A stretch of 64,000 nt of DNA from Octopus vulgaris (Eukaryota), in contig OX597817.1 in assembly GCA_951406725.2 (NCBI GenBank), positions 4,030,001 through 4,094,000 of the forward strand. Reading direction: 5' to 3'. Of this stretch, positions 39,331-52,873 are shown one piece after another (within the stretch, counting starts at the first letter, position 1; every line of letters starts with the position of its first letter). The position numbers and the translations under genes are program-made. Under the pieces are notes generated by a model that worked only from the letters and a program-made list of their open reading frames with translations, was not told where the DNA came from and made no database searches.

Positions 39331-39440
39331 TTGTCTGTCTATCTGTCGATCTACAGAATATATGTGTGTGTGCGTGTGTGTGTATGTATAGACAGTAAGT
39401 CATAAATGTGAAAGAGACGCACACTCTGTCTCTATATATA

Positions 39441-39834
39441 TTCTTTTATTCTTTTTCTCTTACTTGTTTCCATTATTTTGACTCTGGCCATGCTGGAGCA
39501 CCGCCTTTAGTCAAACAAATCGACCCCCAGACCTATTATTTGTAAGCCTGGTACTTCTTCTATCAGTATCTTTTGCTGAACCGCTAAGTTACGAGGACGT
39601 AAACATACCAATCTCAATTGTGAGGCGATGGTGGAAAGATAAACACAGAAATGTATACATATATATATATATATACGACAGGCTTCTTTTAGTTTCCCTC
39701 TACTAAATCCACTCACAAGGTTTTGGTCAGCGTGAGGCTATAGTAGAAGACATTTGCCGAAGGTTCCACGCATTGGAACTGAACCGGAACCATGTGGTTG
39801 GGAAGCAAGCCTCTTACCACACAGCCACACCTGT
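39441..39834 (-). mobile_element. SINE family A (diverged)
   Basis: Matches the family A consensus. Confidence 0.85.
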
Positions 39835-40070
39835 AAAGAGAGAGAAAGAAAGAGAGAGGGAGAGAGAGAAGTGGGGAGTTGGGGAGAGTGAGAGAGAATT
39901 GTTTTTACTGTGCCATTGGCATTTGTCTTGTATTTATACAACTGGTGGTTGAAGCTTTCAGGCAAACATGAAGTCCAAGTCGGCGCGGAATTTTATAATA
40001 ACGGAAAGTCTATCTCAATATTGAACCCGCTGCATTTGCTTTAAAATAATAAAGAGCATTTATCACATAC

Positions 40071-40482
40071 GCGCAGGAGTGGCTGTGTGGTAAGTAGCTT
40101 GCTGTCCAGTCACATGGTTCCGGGTTCAGGCCCACTGTGTGGCATCTTGGGCAAGTGTATTCTGCTATAGCCCCGGGCCGACCAATGCTTTGAAAGTGGA
40201 TTTGGTAGACGGAAACTGAAAGAAGCCTGTCGTATATATGTATACATATATATATATATGTATGTCTGTGTGTTTGTGTGTCTGTGTTTGTCCTCCTAGC
40301 TTTGCTTGACAACCGATGCTGGTGTGTTTACGTCCCCGTCACTTAGCGGTTCGGCAAAAGAGGCCGATAGAATAAGTACTAGGCTTACAAAGAATAAGTC
40401 CCGCGGTCGATTTGCTCGACTAAAGGCGGTGCTCCAGCATGGCTGCAGTCAAATGACTGAAACAAGTAAAAGAGTAAAGAGT
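40071..40482 (+). mobile_element. SINE family A, full length
   Basis: Matches 19129-19526. Confidence 0.9.
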
Positions 40483-40490
40483 ATACAAAT

Positions 40491-40533
<43 letters not shown>

Positions 40534-40647
40534 TTCTTTCTATATTTCTTTCTCCCCATCTATCTATCTCTGTCTGTCTCTCTCTCTCTCTCACACACAA
40601 ATACATACAAACACATACACATGTCTACATATAAAACCAATAACACG

Positions 40648-40685
<38 letters not shown>

Positions 40686-41198
40686 GAGAGAGAGAGAGAG
40701 AGAGACGTCTATTCACATATTACATTTTACAGCGCATTAATTGTTTGTGCTTGTGTTATAACATGTATTTACACAATTGAAATTTCGTTCTGTACCATAC
40801 CAACAGAAAGTAACTTAGGATCTGCAGAATTGCCTTTTCCACGTACACAGCGTATATTTCAATTGCAACATTTATTTACATGGATTTCATAACTGATTTG
40901 ATTATGTAATAATCATAATACCATTATTTAAATAAAGAAATGGTTACTTTATGCTATATTAATCAAAGTTGATATTTGTTAAAGGTCAAATAAATCAATG
41001 AACGACTGAATGAGTAAATGAATGAAAAAAATAAATACATAAATAAATGAACGAATAAACAAAAGCATGCACAACAAAAATGAAATATCTGAATTAACAA
41101 ATATTAATTTATAATGTTTAATGTATTACGTTCAATGCGATTATGTCATATATACATCTGTATTATGTTATTATGGCGGATTTCCTTGCTTTTGTCAG

Positions 41199-41241
41199 CG
41201 AAGCGCTGGCTTGCTTGCCTGCTTAGAGATAAATTACTATG
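41199..41241 (+). other. Candidate exon C
   Basis: Acceptor tttccttgcttttgtcag|, GC-rich with a YGCY cluster, frames RSAGLLACLEINYY or KRWLACLLRDKLL. Weak donor |gtagca. Confidence 0.2.
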
Positions 41242-41415
41242 GTAGCAATAGCTGTTTGCCAATAAATTTAGGATTCATTTCGGCTCGTTCCCGAATCTAA
41301 AGAGTGTGGGTGGGCATTATCGAAGGGGAATGGTCTCGGGATATTGGAAACAGTTGACATCCTAAGAGTAGATTAAAACATATTACATATAACAGTAGGA
41401 ATATACATACATACA

Positions 41416-41486
<71 letters not shown>

Positions 41487-41695
41487 GTATGTATGTATCT
41501 ATATGTATACATGTATATGTATCTATATATATATATATATATACATGTGCATGTACTATATATACAATTATATACATGTATATATATGAATATGCATGTG
41601 TGCCCGTATACATACTTGTCTTTAGTTGTATCTCAATGTGCATGTATCTTGTTTCCTATCAGAATGATGTCTTTTTCTCTCTCTCTCTCACTCTG

Positions 41696-41740
<45 letters not shown>

Positions 41741-42787
41741 GTTATGTACACTTATATATATGCACACTCATATTTCTGTAAATATGTTTATATCCATTAA
41801 ATTGATGTATGTGTACACTAATATATATATACACGCACACAGATACAAAAACTGATATGAGAATATATTCGTGCATGCGAGTGTATTTTGAGAGAGTGAC
41901 ATGTGCGAGTTTACATGTGTGTGTGTATGTGTGAGCGTGCATGTGTTCGTGTGTGCGCGCAAATGAATGCATATGCATGTTAGTGTGTTTGTGAGTGTGT
42001 TTGTGTATGCGTGCACACGAACACACAAACATCTAATTCTACAGAAGAAATTTTCTGGGAATGGTTATTGCTACACAGGATACAAGCAATCAATTTATAC
42101 TGCTTTCTTTGTTACAGGAAATTAGGTTTCACAGCACATGAAGTTCTTGCAATGAGGGTGATATACAAAACGGCATTTTTATATGCTCATGCTACAATAT
42201 TATTTGCAACGTTTGCAGTATGACTTACTGGAAGCATAGTTGTGAACTTATAGGAAACAAATTATTTCGAAATAGATTCAAAGAAATGCAGTGAAATAAA
42301 AGCGTGGCTTAAAATGTTACTTGTAATTTAGAATATTTCGTAGCGTTTTCCGCATGTAGTTGAAAAACGATATGTTGACAATTATGTGTTGTAAATATTA
42401 TATTGTAAATGTAAAGTTGAATTATGTTCGGGATATTTTCGCGGCAACTGTTCGTTGCTAATATTTTTGTTGTATAAGTGCATGTGGAAAACAATTGAAC
42501 AAAACTGTGATCAAACGTATTCCAGCCATGATCATCCAACATTTTTGTAATTTCTGGACTACTATATTTTCTAGTGATTTTTTTCTCTTTTGTATCAAAA
42601 TGGTAATTTTGACTTAACTTGCTATTGTCAGCAGCTTGAACTACAAGTCAGTTATAATAAAAATCACTTTCTGAGTTCAAATTCCGCCGAGGTCAACTTT
42701 GCCTTTCATCCTTTCGGTGTAGATTAAATAGGTACCAGTTATGCACTGGAGTCGATGTAATTGACTTAATTTTGTCTTTCCTTTCTA

Positions 42788-44387
42788 CTGTGGGGGTCAA
42801 AAGTGTTTGCAAATTGTATATATTGATAAATTTATGCTTCAATATTTTCCAATATAATAACTATGTTACTCATTGTTCGATATGCAAATATATAAAGTAA
42901 ATTCCTAGAGACGGAAACCAAATAATCATATTCTGGGGGAAAATATGGATTTTTAAAAAATTTCAGGAAGAAATATGGGCCAAAAGAGTTTGCAAGACTC
43001 ATTTATTCGAAATAAATAACATTTTTAAACATAATATAATTTGAAACATTGTGTCATTATGATAATAGTACCATATATTGATAACATATTACAAGAAAAC
43101 AACAGTTATTGCTCAAATAACAATTAACAAAACAATACAAATTTATAAAACAATTTAACCCTTTATACGCTTTCCTCCATTCTTAATCAAATCCATCAGC
43201 CTCCTAACAACAGAGGATGTTAATTTATGCACTTGTTGAGGTGTGATTTCAGAAGATACCTCCTTGATCCTCTCCCAAATATCTTTTTTACTGTTGAATT
43301 GATGGCCGTTTTCGTAAACCTTCCTCTTCAGAATCGACCAGAGGTTCTCTATCGGATTCAAATCCGGGCTCTGAGGTGGCCAGTCCATCAGACGTTCACC
43401 AGAGATCCCCTGGTCTGAAAGCCAAGCTTTTGTGAACCGAGAAGCATGGCTTGGGGCATTGTCTTGTTGAATAATGAGATTCTGGTTGACAGCATCATTT
43501 TGTGAATTCAACCAGGGCAATAAATTATCTTCCAAAAACTCGCAGTAGTTCACAGAATTCATTTTGACACCTTCAGGGACAAGAAAAGGACCAACAATCT
43601 CACTTCCAATAATCCCAGCCCAAATCATCACTCCCCCTCCTCCCTGTTGACGCCTGAATTGCAAGCGTGGGCTATTGCCTTTAAGAAGCCATCCCTTGGT
43701 CCAACCGTCGGGACCGTCGAGGGTTGCTCTAGCCTCGTCAGTCCAGAGAACATTTTGAAAATTGGTTTTCAAATATTTAGTGGCCCATGCTAGTCGCTTC
43801 TGACAGTTGATATCACTCAAAGGAGGACATTTTGTCGGTGTTCTCTGGTCGTCTATTTGCTTCAAAATCCGATTTCGGGTCCTTTTAGAGATATCAGATA
43901 CTCCTGCATGGTTGAAAATAGCTTTGCTTGTGCTGTGTGGGTTTGCTAGCACACTCCTCTTGATTTTTCTAAAATCTCGTAGTGAAGTCACCTTTGGTCT
44001 GCCACTTTTGTGCTTTTTTCTTCCATCTTTGCCGTCAATGATGAAACGTTTCACAGTTCGATGATCTCGTTTCAAAATTTTTGAATTTTCTAATGTAGAC
44101 TTCTTTGCAGCAAGTAATTTAACAATTTCACCCTTCTCGCTATCTGTCAACATCTTTCCTTTAGCCATTATTAATAAATTTATGTTACCTGCATAAACTT
44201 TTGGCTCACCTGAAAAGAGGAAAATGTTTAACAATTATTAAATTCTGGGTTTTTTCGTAAAATGTAGTAATGAAAAAAAACAGAATGTCAACCAGCAAAT
44301 GATGGAAGAGGTGAAACTAAAAAATAAAGCAAAATTAATAAAGAAATTGAGAAAAAATAGGTCTGCAAACTCTTTTGTCCCCCACAG
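42788..44387 (-). mobile_element. Complete Tc1-family DNA transposon, DD37E (TRT-type)
   Basis: 24 bp TIRs ctgtgggggtcaaaagtgtttgca / tgcaaactcttttgtcccccacag (2 mismatches), TA TSD, an inner direct repeat near 42976, and an intact ORF. Confidence 0.95.
43155..44168 (-). CDS. Tc1-like transposase, DD37E, 337 aa (likely start MAKGK)
   Basis: HTH region, GRPK linker, WTDEARATLDGPDGW, RRQQGGGGVMIWAGI, QQDNAPSH...WPPQSPDLNPIENLW with 37 residues between D and E. No stops. Confidence 0.93.
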   Translation of the reverse strand: MAKGKMLTDSEKGEIVKLLAAKKSTLENSKILKRDHRTVKRFIIDGKDGRKKHKSGRPKVTSLRDFRKIKRSVLANPHSTSKAIFNHAGVSDISKRTRNRILKQIDDQRTPTKCPPLSDINCQKRLAWATKYLKTNFQNVLWTDEARATLDGPDGWTKGWLLKGNSPRLQFRRQQGGGGVMIWAGIIGSEIVGPFLVPEGVKMNSVNYCEFLEDNLLPWLNSQNDAVNQNLIIQQDNAPSHASRFTKAWLSDQGISGERLMDWPPQSPDLNPIENLWSILKRKVYENGHQFNSKKDIWERIKEVSSEITPQQVHKLTSSVVRRLMDLIKNGGKRIKG

Positions 44388-45844
44388 TATGTTTACCCCG
44401 TTGTGAGCAATAAAGAAATATATAATAAAAATCTCTAATACCTTTTGGAATTATAATTCTTGTTAAGAAATGAAGTTTTCTTCTAAGATAGTGGTTTCGA
44501 TTCCTGCACCGGGCAATACGTTATGCTGCTCCATTTCACATTGGGGAATATATACACCACAGAAACCAGAATACCAGTCTTATACGTCTATATCTCTCGG
44601 GAAGGAGCTTCACTTGCTCCAGATGTAAAACTTAATATAATAAGTCAACGGTGCACACACTCACATATAACCTCCCCACCATACGCACTGATACAAATGC
44701 CAACACTCTCATTCACACTTAGAACCCTTCTAAATATCCTTAGAGAATGGGATAGAATGTCTTGTTGGATTAGTTTCAACACAAGCTGAAATAACGCTTG
44801 GATCACCGTAGTCTCTCAACTGTTCAGTATAGATAACTGAAATACTTGTTAGGGTAACTAATTGCCAGAATGACTCAGCTTTGAACGAATACAGATTGGG
44901 TGTTTATTTTGGATGTATGTGTTCTGAGTTCAAATCACACCTCCAGTAACTGAAAAAGAATTAAAGTACACCCTTCTAAAATAGTTGCTAAGTTTAACAT
45001 GTCTATCGAAAAGCAAGCCAGTAATTCAGATGATCCTTTTCATCGTTGGCAAAGGATGGTAAGGCAGAATTCAAAGGATGTTTTGTCTTCCAGTGTGAAC
45101 TTAAAATGTGAATGTATGTTAATAAACAAATAAATGTATGTGTGTCCGTGCGCGTGCTATCCACCCATGGCAGTAGGTCAATAATATACTTGGAGTCAGA
45201 ATTTATTTTCTCGCAACTAATTCTACGCACTCTGGTTAATCCAAATCTTGACCAAATTAAAGCGTTAAGTTCACTGAGATGACTCCGTGTTCCACATCAT
45301 TTTAGACATTATAATAGAAAACTGTGAAAGTTAGGGGGTTGCCCTCACTATCGCTACATCCTGGATTCGACACCCAAACCAAGCTGCGCATTCTTCAGCA
45401 GAACTCTTCATTTCACGTTATTCCAGTCTGCTCAGCTTTAGATCTTTAATCCTACGACAAACTAGCTTCCAATGACGGGTGATGTTGGCCTACTCACTTA
45501 GCAAGCGGGTTGACTTCGTTCGAAATCTAAAACGGTGCAAAATGCATTTTTATTTGTGATGTATAACATCAGATAGTCTGGTCGATCACGGTCATGTGAT
45601 AATAGAGTGAGGTAAATATTAATAAACAAAGCAAACTATAAAACACAGCTGGTCTATTGTCTTCAGACAATAAGACTTTTTTTCTGCCGTTGCAAATAGT
45701 GTGAAATTCTTGGATCTTGAGTTTATCTCCCATTTCCATTCAGTACTGGTAACAGTTGCTAACAAAGGATTGGCATAGCAACTCTGGAAATGGAGATGAT
45801 TTAAATAAAACATGAGTTTATCTCATACACACAGGCGCGTAAAG

Positions 45845-46163
45845 GAGCTCTCCGTCGGTTACGACGACGAGGATCCTAGCTGATGCGATCAACGGAACAG
45901 CTTGCTCGTGAAATTAACGTGCGAGAGGCTGAGCACTCCAAGACACATGTGCCCTTAACGTAGTTCTCATGGAGATTCAGCGTGACACAGAATGTGACAA
46001 GGCTGGACCTTTGAAATACAGGTACTACTCATTTTTCCAGATGAGTGCACTGGAGCAACGTGAAATAAAGTGTCTTGCTCAAGGACACAACGCGTCGCCG
46101 GGAATTGAGTTCACGACTTTATGATAGTGAACCGAATACCTTAACCAATAAGATACACGCCTT
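45845..46163 (-). mobile_element. tRNA-derived SINE, family C
   Basis: tRNA-like head at the right end and ttgtgtccttgagcaagacac core. A partial related copy lies at 52874-53060. Confidence 0.75.
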
Positions 46164-46430
46164 CACACGCGCGCATACACACAAATATATGAATACATTC
46201 ATAGACACATACAATATATATGTGTATGTATGTACATATATGTATGTCTATACAGGATATGCATTCATAGAGCAGCAGGCGTGGCCGTGTTGTTCCGGGC
46301 TCAGTCCTGCTACGTGACACCGTAGGTAAGTGTCTTCGACTATAGCTTGTGGTTGACCAAAGCCTTATGAGTAGATCTGATTGACAAAAACCGAAAGAAA
46401 CCCACCGTGTCTATATATATATATATATAT

Positions 46431-47140
46431 GAAAAAGGAAAAGAATGACTTCACTAGTAGTTCTAACCAATTTAATTAATTTTTCAATAATATAATTTTA
46501 CAGTTTAGCTTGTAGATCTAGTAAGTTCTATGTTAACATCGGAGGTGGGGATTTTTAAAAGATTCCTTGTTACCTCTTTTGGAGAACTTCCTCGCATTCG
46601 CCGGTGGCGATTATCAAATTGATCTGAGGTTGCGTTGTGCTGTGTGATTCTATATATAAAAGATTTGGGTGTGTCTGAGAGGGAAGTGGGGGTCTGTTAA
46701 TAAGTATGGGAGTGAAGGGGTGCTGATGAACAAGAGCTGACAGAAAACAGTGAATGGTAAAAACAAGATAATTGCTTGAGAGTGGAGTTCGAAGGTGGTG
46801 GTGCGTTTAAAGACTGTTTTATGAAGGGCTTGTGAAAGTGTGCTCCTGCTGATTATATTGTTGACCTTTGGTGAAAATATAACGGTCAGATGTTTTTCAA
46901 ATTCTTTCATTATGGCTGAATCAACTACCTTAAATTCATAAAGAGAAACTTCAGTAATTTTCTATGTTAAAGATGAGTTTATGTGTGTCTGGGGAGAGGT
47001 GTTAATGAGGTGTAATATAATTTTTTTTTCACAAAAGTGGGACGATAGCAGAGAAAAAAATATAAGGTTAGTTTTGAAATGTTTTTTTATTGAAATGTAT
47101 TTTTTATATTGGTTTGGTTTAGGAAGGGCGGGGAGAACAT
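46431..47140 (-). mobile_element. Penelope-like element 3' fragment (endonuclease C-terminus and 3' region)
   Basis: Reverse frame LSSHFCEK...EFKVVDS..KEFEKHLTVIFSPKVN resembles the end of a GIY-YIG domain (HF...F.I.....E...I..F.P.LN). Abuts (TA)n. Confidence 0.5.
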
Positions 47141-47325
47141 GCTAGCTCACATATTTACTTCCCTGCATATAAGCATACAAACGTATACACGTAAATACAT
47201 ACATACATATACATACGTATAGCCTCTATTTATAGATGTAAAATTCAGCTTCGGACTAATAAGCATCCAGTCCCTTGGGCAGCACCCCACATTAGTCAAA
47301 AAATAGCAATAATACAATCAATATA

Positions 47326-47775
47326 AATGGTAGAACAAAAAGGAAAACCTGTAATTGTGGTATACCTAATGCATGCCCACTTAGGGGTTTCTGTTCGCGT
47401 AAAAATGTAGTTTTAAATGTCATGTAGAAACACCAGGTAAATACCAAACAAAGACCTACATAGGTAGCACCATAGGGTTTAAACGACGATATCGAGCTCA
47501 CTTAAACTCTTTCACTAAGATAAAATACAAAATCTCGACATCATTAGCCACAAATATACATGATCTTAAATCACAAAATATATAATATACACTGGCTTTG
47601 TCCATAATAAGCTCCCTCTTATAATACAGAGATAGGCGCATGCTGGTTATGCTTAAAAGAATCGTTAAAGATTCTCCGTCTACACAACTTCTCGATATTA
47701 AATAGGTTCTCCGACGCTGCCTACTCTTGTAATCATAGGTTTTACTCAACATTTAAGCATTACGATTCTAAATAG
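47326..47775 (+). pseudogene. PLE GIY-YIG endonuclease with Cys/His motifs (Naiad-like), frameshifted
   Basis: KTCNCGIPNACPLRGFCSRKNVV/KCHVET...TYIGSTIGFKRRYRAHLNSF...STSLATNIHDLK...YNTEIGACWLCLKESLKIL...ILNRFSDAAYSCNHR. Confidence 0.85.
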
Positions 47776-48055
47776 AGGTGAGAACCAGCTTCCACACTAA
47801 TTGAAACTTCTTCTGTAAAAATAAAACAACCACCTCCTCTTCTTACCCTGAACCTATAGAGCCACCAGTAGCCTTATCTTATCATGCATTTCATCTCCTC
47901 CTCCAACCACTCAAAAGTCGTTCCACTCCCTGGTCTTTTGCATATGGCTCTACAAAAACACTCAGTAGGCAATTCCCATTAGAAAAACGCAGTATATGTG
48001 AAACGTTTTAGGAATATATTTTCCCAGTTGAAGGAGGCGGTGTTCAAAAATGTAT

Positions 48056-48302
48056 CCCAGAAAATGAATCAATTGTCTAGGTAACGTTTCCAGTTGTTAT
48101 TAACGTAGGTGGCGAAGTCGTGACTAAACGATTCCTGCAGCTGGGAATATAGTTTTGCTTCAATGAATGTTGCATATGTTGGGGCTACTTTTGTGACAAT
48201 GACCGTTCCATTTATTTGTAAATACAGTTCGTTATCAAAAAGAAATTTGTTCTCCAATATTAATTTGAGCCCTTCCATAATAATCTTTTTCAGGAATCTC
48301 TC
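48056..48302 (-). pseudogene. PLE reverse transcriptase fragment
   Basis: GLKLILENKFLFDNELYLQINGTVIVTKVAPTYA...WKRYLDN*FIFW (Q..GTAMGT..AP.YA and W.RYLDD.F..W motifs). Confidence 0.85.
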
Positions 48303-48919
48303 ATGTACGTACGTACGTATGTATGTATGTATGTATGTATATATATGTATGTATAAACGTGTGTGTGTCATTGTGTCTGTATTTGCCCCCACTACTGCTT
48401 GACAACCTGTGTTAGTGTGTTTAAGTCCCCATAGCTTAGCGTTTCGGCAAAAAGTGCCGATAGAATAAGTACCAGGCTGAACAAAGAGTACGTACTGATT
48501 TCGATTCATTCGATTAAAAACTCATGAGTGCTCCAGCATGGCTGCAGTCTAATGATCAAAACATGTAAAAGATAAAAGGTACATGTGTAGGTAAATATGT
48601 ATGTATGCATGCATGTTTCGAAATAATAATAATAATATATAATATAAGTTTAGGTGTGTCCATGTGCAATATTCACCTGTGTACATATTTCTTTACCTGA
48701 TATACTACTGTATATTTTCATGATTTTTATATTACCAAAGTTCTCTGCTAAAACGGTTGTGATAAAATTGTCTATCCGAAGTAAATTTCATTGTGCTAGG
48801 ATATTACGATAAAAAAGTAGAAAGAGACAATATAAAATTTTAAAGAATTCAAGGTGAAAAATTGTTTTCAAAATACAGAAGTATATAGAAATAATCACGC
48901 TTGTAGTAATACTTTTAAG

Positions 48920-49120
48920 ATGGCAGAATCGTTATTATACCGGACAAAACGCTTACCAGAATTTATTCCAATTTTAAATTCTAAATCCTAACTCTGCTGA
49001 TGTCAACTTTGCCTATCCTATTTCGGGGTCAACACAATAAATACTAGTCGAGTACTAGAGTCGATGTAATCGACAAACCAACTTTCCCAAAATTTAGGCC
49101 CTGTGCCTACTGTAGAAAGC
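48920..49120 (+). mobile_element. Degenerate SINE family B
   Basis: tggcagaatcgtta...gtcaactttgcct...cggggtc...gtcgatgtaatcgac. Confidence 0.6.
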
Positions 49121-52100
49121 ATTTAGTATTATACTTGACGAATCTATATCTTTTTCAATTTTTAACGTTATTGGTTATCAGTAGATTTAATTGACGATAC
49201 TATCTATTCTAGTTGTGTTTGAAGTTCATGCTTAGGCCTGAACGAGGAATGAAAATTAAATACGTTTCTATGAATGACATAGATGGAAAATAGCTATAGT
49301 ATAACCTGCTGCTACACACACGCAACAATACACTTTCGGTGAATTGACTAATTGTTCACTAACAATTTGACAATTTACAGTCGATGTATGCTTCTTCTGG
49401 TGTATTTGTTACTAAGTTAGCTCTTTCATGGTTTGAGTTCAGATACCTTTCAAGCACAATTTGGAAACATGCTTCACTGGGTCCCTTCTTTACGCTGCTA
49501 ACTAATTCCTTGTTCCACTCGCAACACCTGTGATAAGGTATACATTTAAAGCACCCATTTCCAAACGTAGACGTGCCAACTTCCAGATGTTCAAACTAAA
49601 CATCCACGCAACGATCTCACAATTGTGTAAGGTTCTGAGCTGGTTATAACAGTAGCCAGCACATTTTACTACTCTCAAATTATAAAGAAATACACTTGTC
49701 CGAAGTATATTTTGTTTATTTATTTTTTACAACTGTCTTACGCTGTTGTCTGTATTATTAAGAACGAACCCTTCGGGCAGGTGTAATTTATGACTTCATT
49801 GTATATTGAAAGCCAAATAACCACTTGATTACAGTATTAATCTACTCATTTATGTAGAATTTGAGACAGCTAAATGGAAAATTCTCATTTGGACTATGCA
49901 TTATTATGTTATATGCTAAAATCTGTTTCAAACATTTTGTGTATTTTACCAAAACATTGTCGAATATTAAGTAAAAGACATTTTGGGACAGTTTGTTGTG
50001 ATACTAACATATTCTAGGTTCAGTAGATTCATGAGTTGTATTTTCGCTTTGGGCGAAGTATTTCAACATAATCGATACAATTCTGCAACGTGGTTATGAT
50101 TCTGCATCGGTTATATTCCAATATTTTGCCACTTAAATGAAATCCGCGTCAAAAGACGCAATTGTAACTAATAGTACATATGCAAAAGTATGGGTTGACA
50201 AAATTATTAGAACCGCAGACAAAACGCCTTGCAATACTTGTGTACAATTCTATGTGTAGTGTCCAACTTCAGAGAGGTAAACGCTTCTTTTGAAAGTCCT
50301 GATATCGGTAACTTAAAATAGCACCGAAATATTGAAGCTGAATTAATTGATTGTACCCTATGTTGAAGGACATGACTTTCTGCAAATATTAGAAGTGAAT
50401 ATTTGCAACATGGCAATACATTTAAGTGAGGCAATATTCGATTAAATCATTTCTTCTATATAAATGATATTTTACTTTTATCGATCCCTGTTAACAGGAT
50501 TGTAAAAATTATCTATAGAAGAAATTGAACATAAAATGTACAAGAACGCAACTAGAAACATTCCTACTGTTTCTGTCAATTCACCACTATTTTGAGAAAA
50601 CAAAACTAAAACAATAATGATCATTATTATTTATATTAGTTCTGATATAATTTTGCTCTTCTCAAGAGCAGTGCAGGGTGTATGAAAGTTTTCGAACGCT
50701 TGAGGGAAATAGCAAATCAACTATATTTTAGATATCATATGTGTGTGACGTGCTGTGAGTTGATGATGTTATTAATATTAATGATTGGGTGGTGGTAGTT
50801 GCTGTATAATATTCTTGCAGTTCACTAGCTCTATTGTTGTTGTTATTGCTGTGGCTTCTGCTGTTGCCCCTATTGTACAATTCTGCTGCTGTGCATTTGT
50901 TGTTGTATCTTACCTCATTATTTTCAGAATCTCCAGCACTGTTGCGCTCATTCTTAATTCTATCCACTCCAATCATGAATGCTGCTCTCTGTTTACTTTC
51001 TTTACCTTTCTTCAGTTAATTCATCAAGACCATACAAGATACCAGCATTGCTGTTTTTCTTATTATTGTTGCCGTTGCTCTTTGTATTTCTGGTGTATTT
51101 GCTGCTAACGTTGTTGTAGAAGTAGTTCTATCGTATAGGTGGTGGTAGTTTTAAATTGGCAAATTTTAAATGATTGTGTGCTTTAGTGATGTTCAGTCTA
51201 TCACACAGCTGCGTCATCCTCTTGATGAGTTGCAGTATTCTAAATAAGATAACAATATAATAGCAACATATTGTCTCTCTCTTTCCTTCCTATTTCGTTC
51301 TTTCTCTTACACACAGATGCAGGTATTAAATCTGTGCATTTCAATCATTAACCTTTAAGTGTTTATAACTCATCATCAGCTGTGTTGTTTACTTTTTCAT
51401 CGATAACTTCGAAAATCTTAAGATGAAATACTTTCAGTATTCGCAGATATAAATTTTCTGTGTCCATCTCCTCCCTATGAAAGAGAATGAACTAATATTT
51501 GGGATTTTCTTTTTGTTTATGGTGTTCTTTGTGATCTTTGTGATCCCGATGTTTATACTGTTTGTGACACCATATGTACTTTTATTGTTACTAAATTTTA
51601 TTCAATGTTAGACTAATGCGCTGCTTGATGTGGCGTAAAAATATTTCGAATATTCTGTAACTTCCACTTCAGAGATCTGACACACGTTTCTCTGCACATG
51701 TAAGTTATTTTGCCGACAGCGTTTTAAAATTCTGTAAAGAAAGATGCAGTGAGGTAGAGCATGCTGCATTTCACTGTTTCTGACAGAAGTCCGAACAAGT
51801 GTATCATTTCCGAATCTCCAATGGAACATGAGTTTTCACCTAGCGAAAAGTGTTCTCTACTGGACCTTATCAATCGCTTAAGCGTTCAAGATATAACATA
51901 CTTGGGTACTATTAGAAAGCTGCTCTTTCTTTCGATTCTATTTAGCTCTACCTATTTATCTTCTATAGAATTATTTTATCCTCCTTGTGAGTGCCCAGTG
52001 ACGTGTACGTATCCTGACCTAATTATGTTTATTTCTTTTTAGAACTAAGTATATAAAATATTCTATTCTCTTAAATTCTAAGATTGGCCAAATCGTATTT

Positions 52101-52737
52101 CAAATCAATTTCCACTGCCAGGTACTCAGAAATATCATGATCACCTGGAATATACTTTAAGAAGGAATATCTGACACTTTAATCCTCAGTTTGTTTCAGC
52201 CCACCGGAATGGGTAAAACCTTGAATTAGATTGCATGGAAATCCATCTTGGATGAATATGTACAGAAACTGAAGCAACTAAATGCACATAAATGCTTCAT
52301 CAAAGGACATTAGGACACTTATCCCAACAGAAACATGTGTCGGACGGGAATTTAATGTGAATTTAATTAGAATAATATTCTAATAAGCGAACTTTGAAGA
52401 TATATAATTCTCCATTCCTTTTTATGATGCCTTCATTATGTATTCAGTATGCCATACGAATTCTAATGAAGCGAACTCAGCGTTTACCTATCGAGTGAAC
52501 TGCCGTGTAAATATTCATTTTAAACAATTTTGCACATTCCCTATAATTCGATATAGTTAGTCAGATCAGGATTATAAGAGTGCTAATAAGGTACATGCCT
52601 GGATTTTAAATTCATATTCCTTCACGCTATATATATATATATATATATAAATATGGGCTTAGAAAATTCTTCTAGCCTATATGCTGAGAAATAGACGCTA
52701 AGAGGTCTCACCACTCAAAGAAGTCACAAACACACGT

Positions 52738-52837
<100 letters not shown>

Positions 52838-52873
52838 ATGTGTGTGTGTGTGTGTATGGTTGCGTTACGACAC

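Larger units (their letters stand above)
42668..44420 (+). mobile_element. SINE family B (Nin-domain-like) split by the Tc1 insertion at a TA
   Basis: 42668-42785 and 44390-44420 join to match the intact copy at 61909-62137. Confidence 0.75.
46274..48578 (+). mobile_element. SINE family A split at its internal microsatellite by about 1.9 kb of PLE fragments
   Basis: The 5' half (46274-46430) ends in (TA)n. The 3' half (about 48303-48578) resumes after TATG repeats. Confidence 0.7.

Noticed and set aside
47326-47775. Selenocysteine-type in-frame TGA reported for some Naiad elements
   Set aside because: All motif cysteines are TGT or TGC, and the internal stop is TAA.
50728-51120. Overlapping Cys-, Leu- and Asn-rich ORFs
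   Set aside because: Low-complexity decayed trinucleotide sequence.
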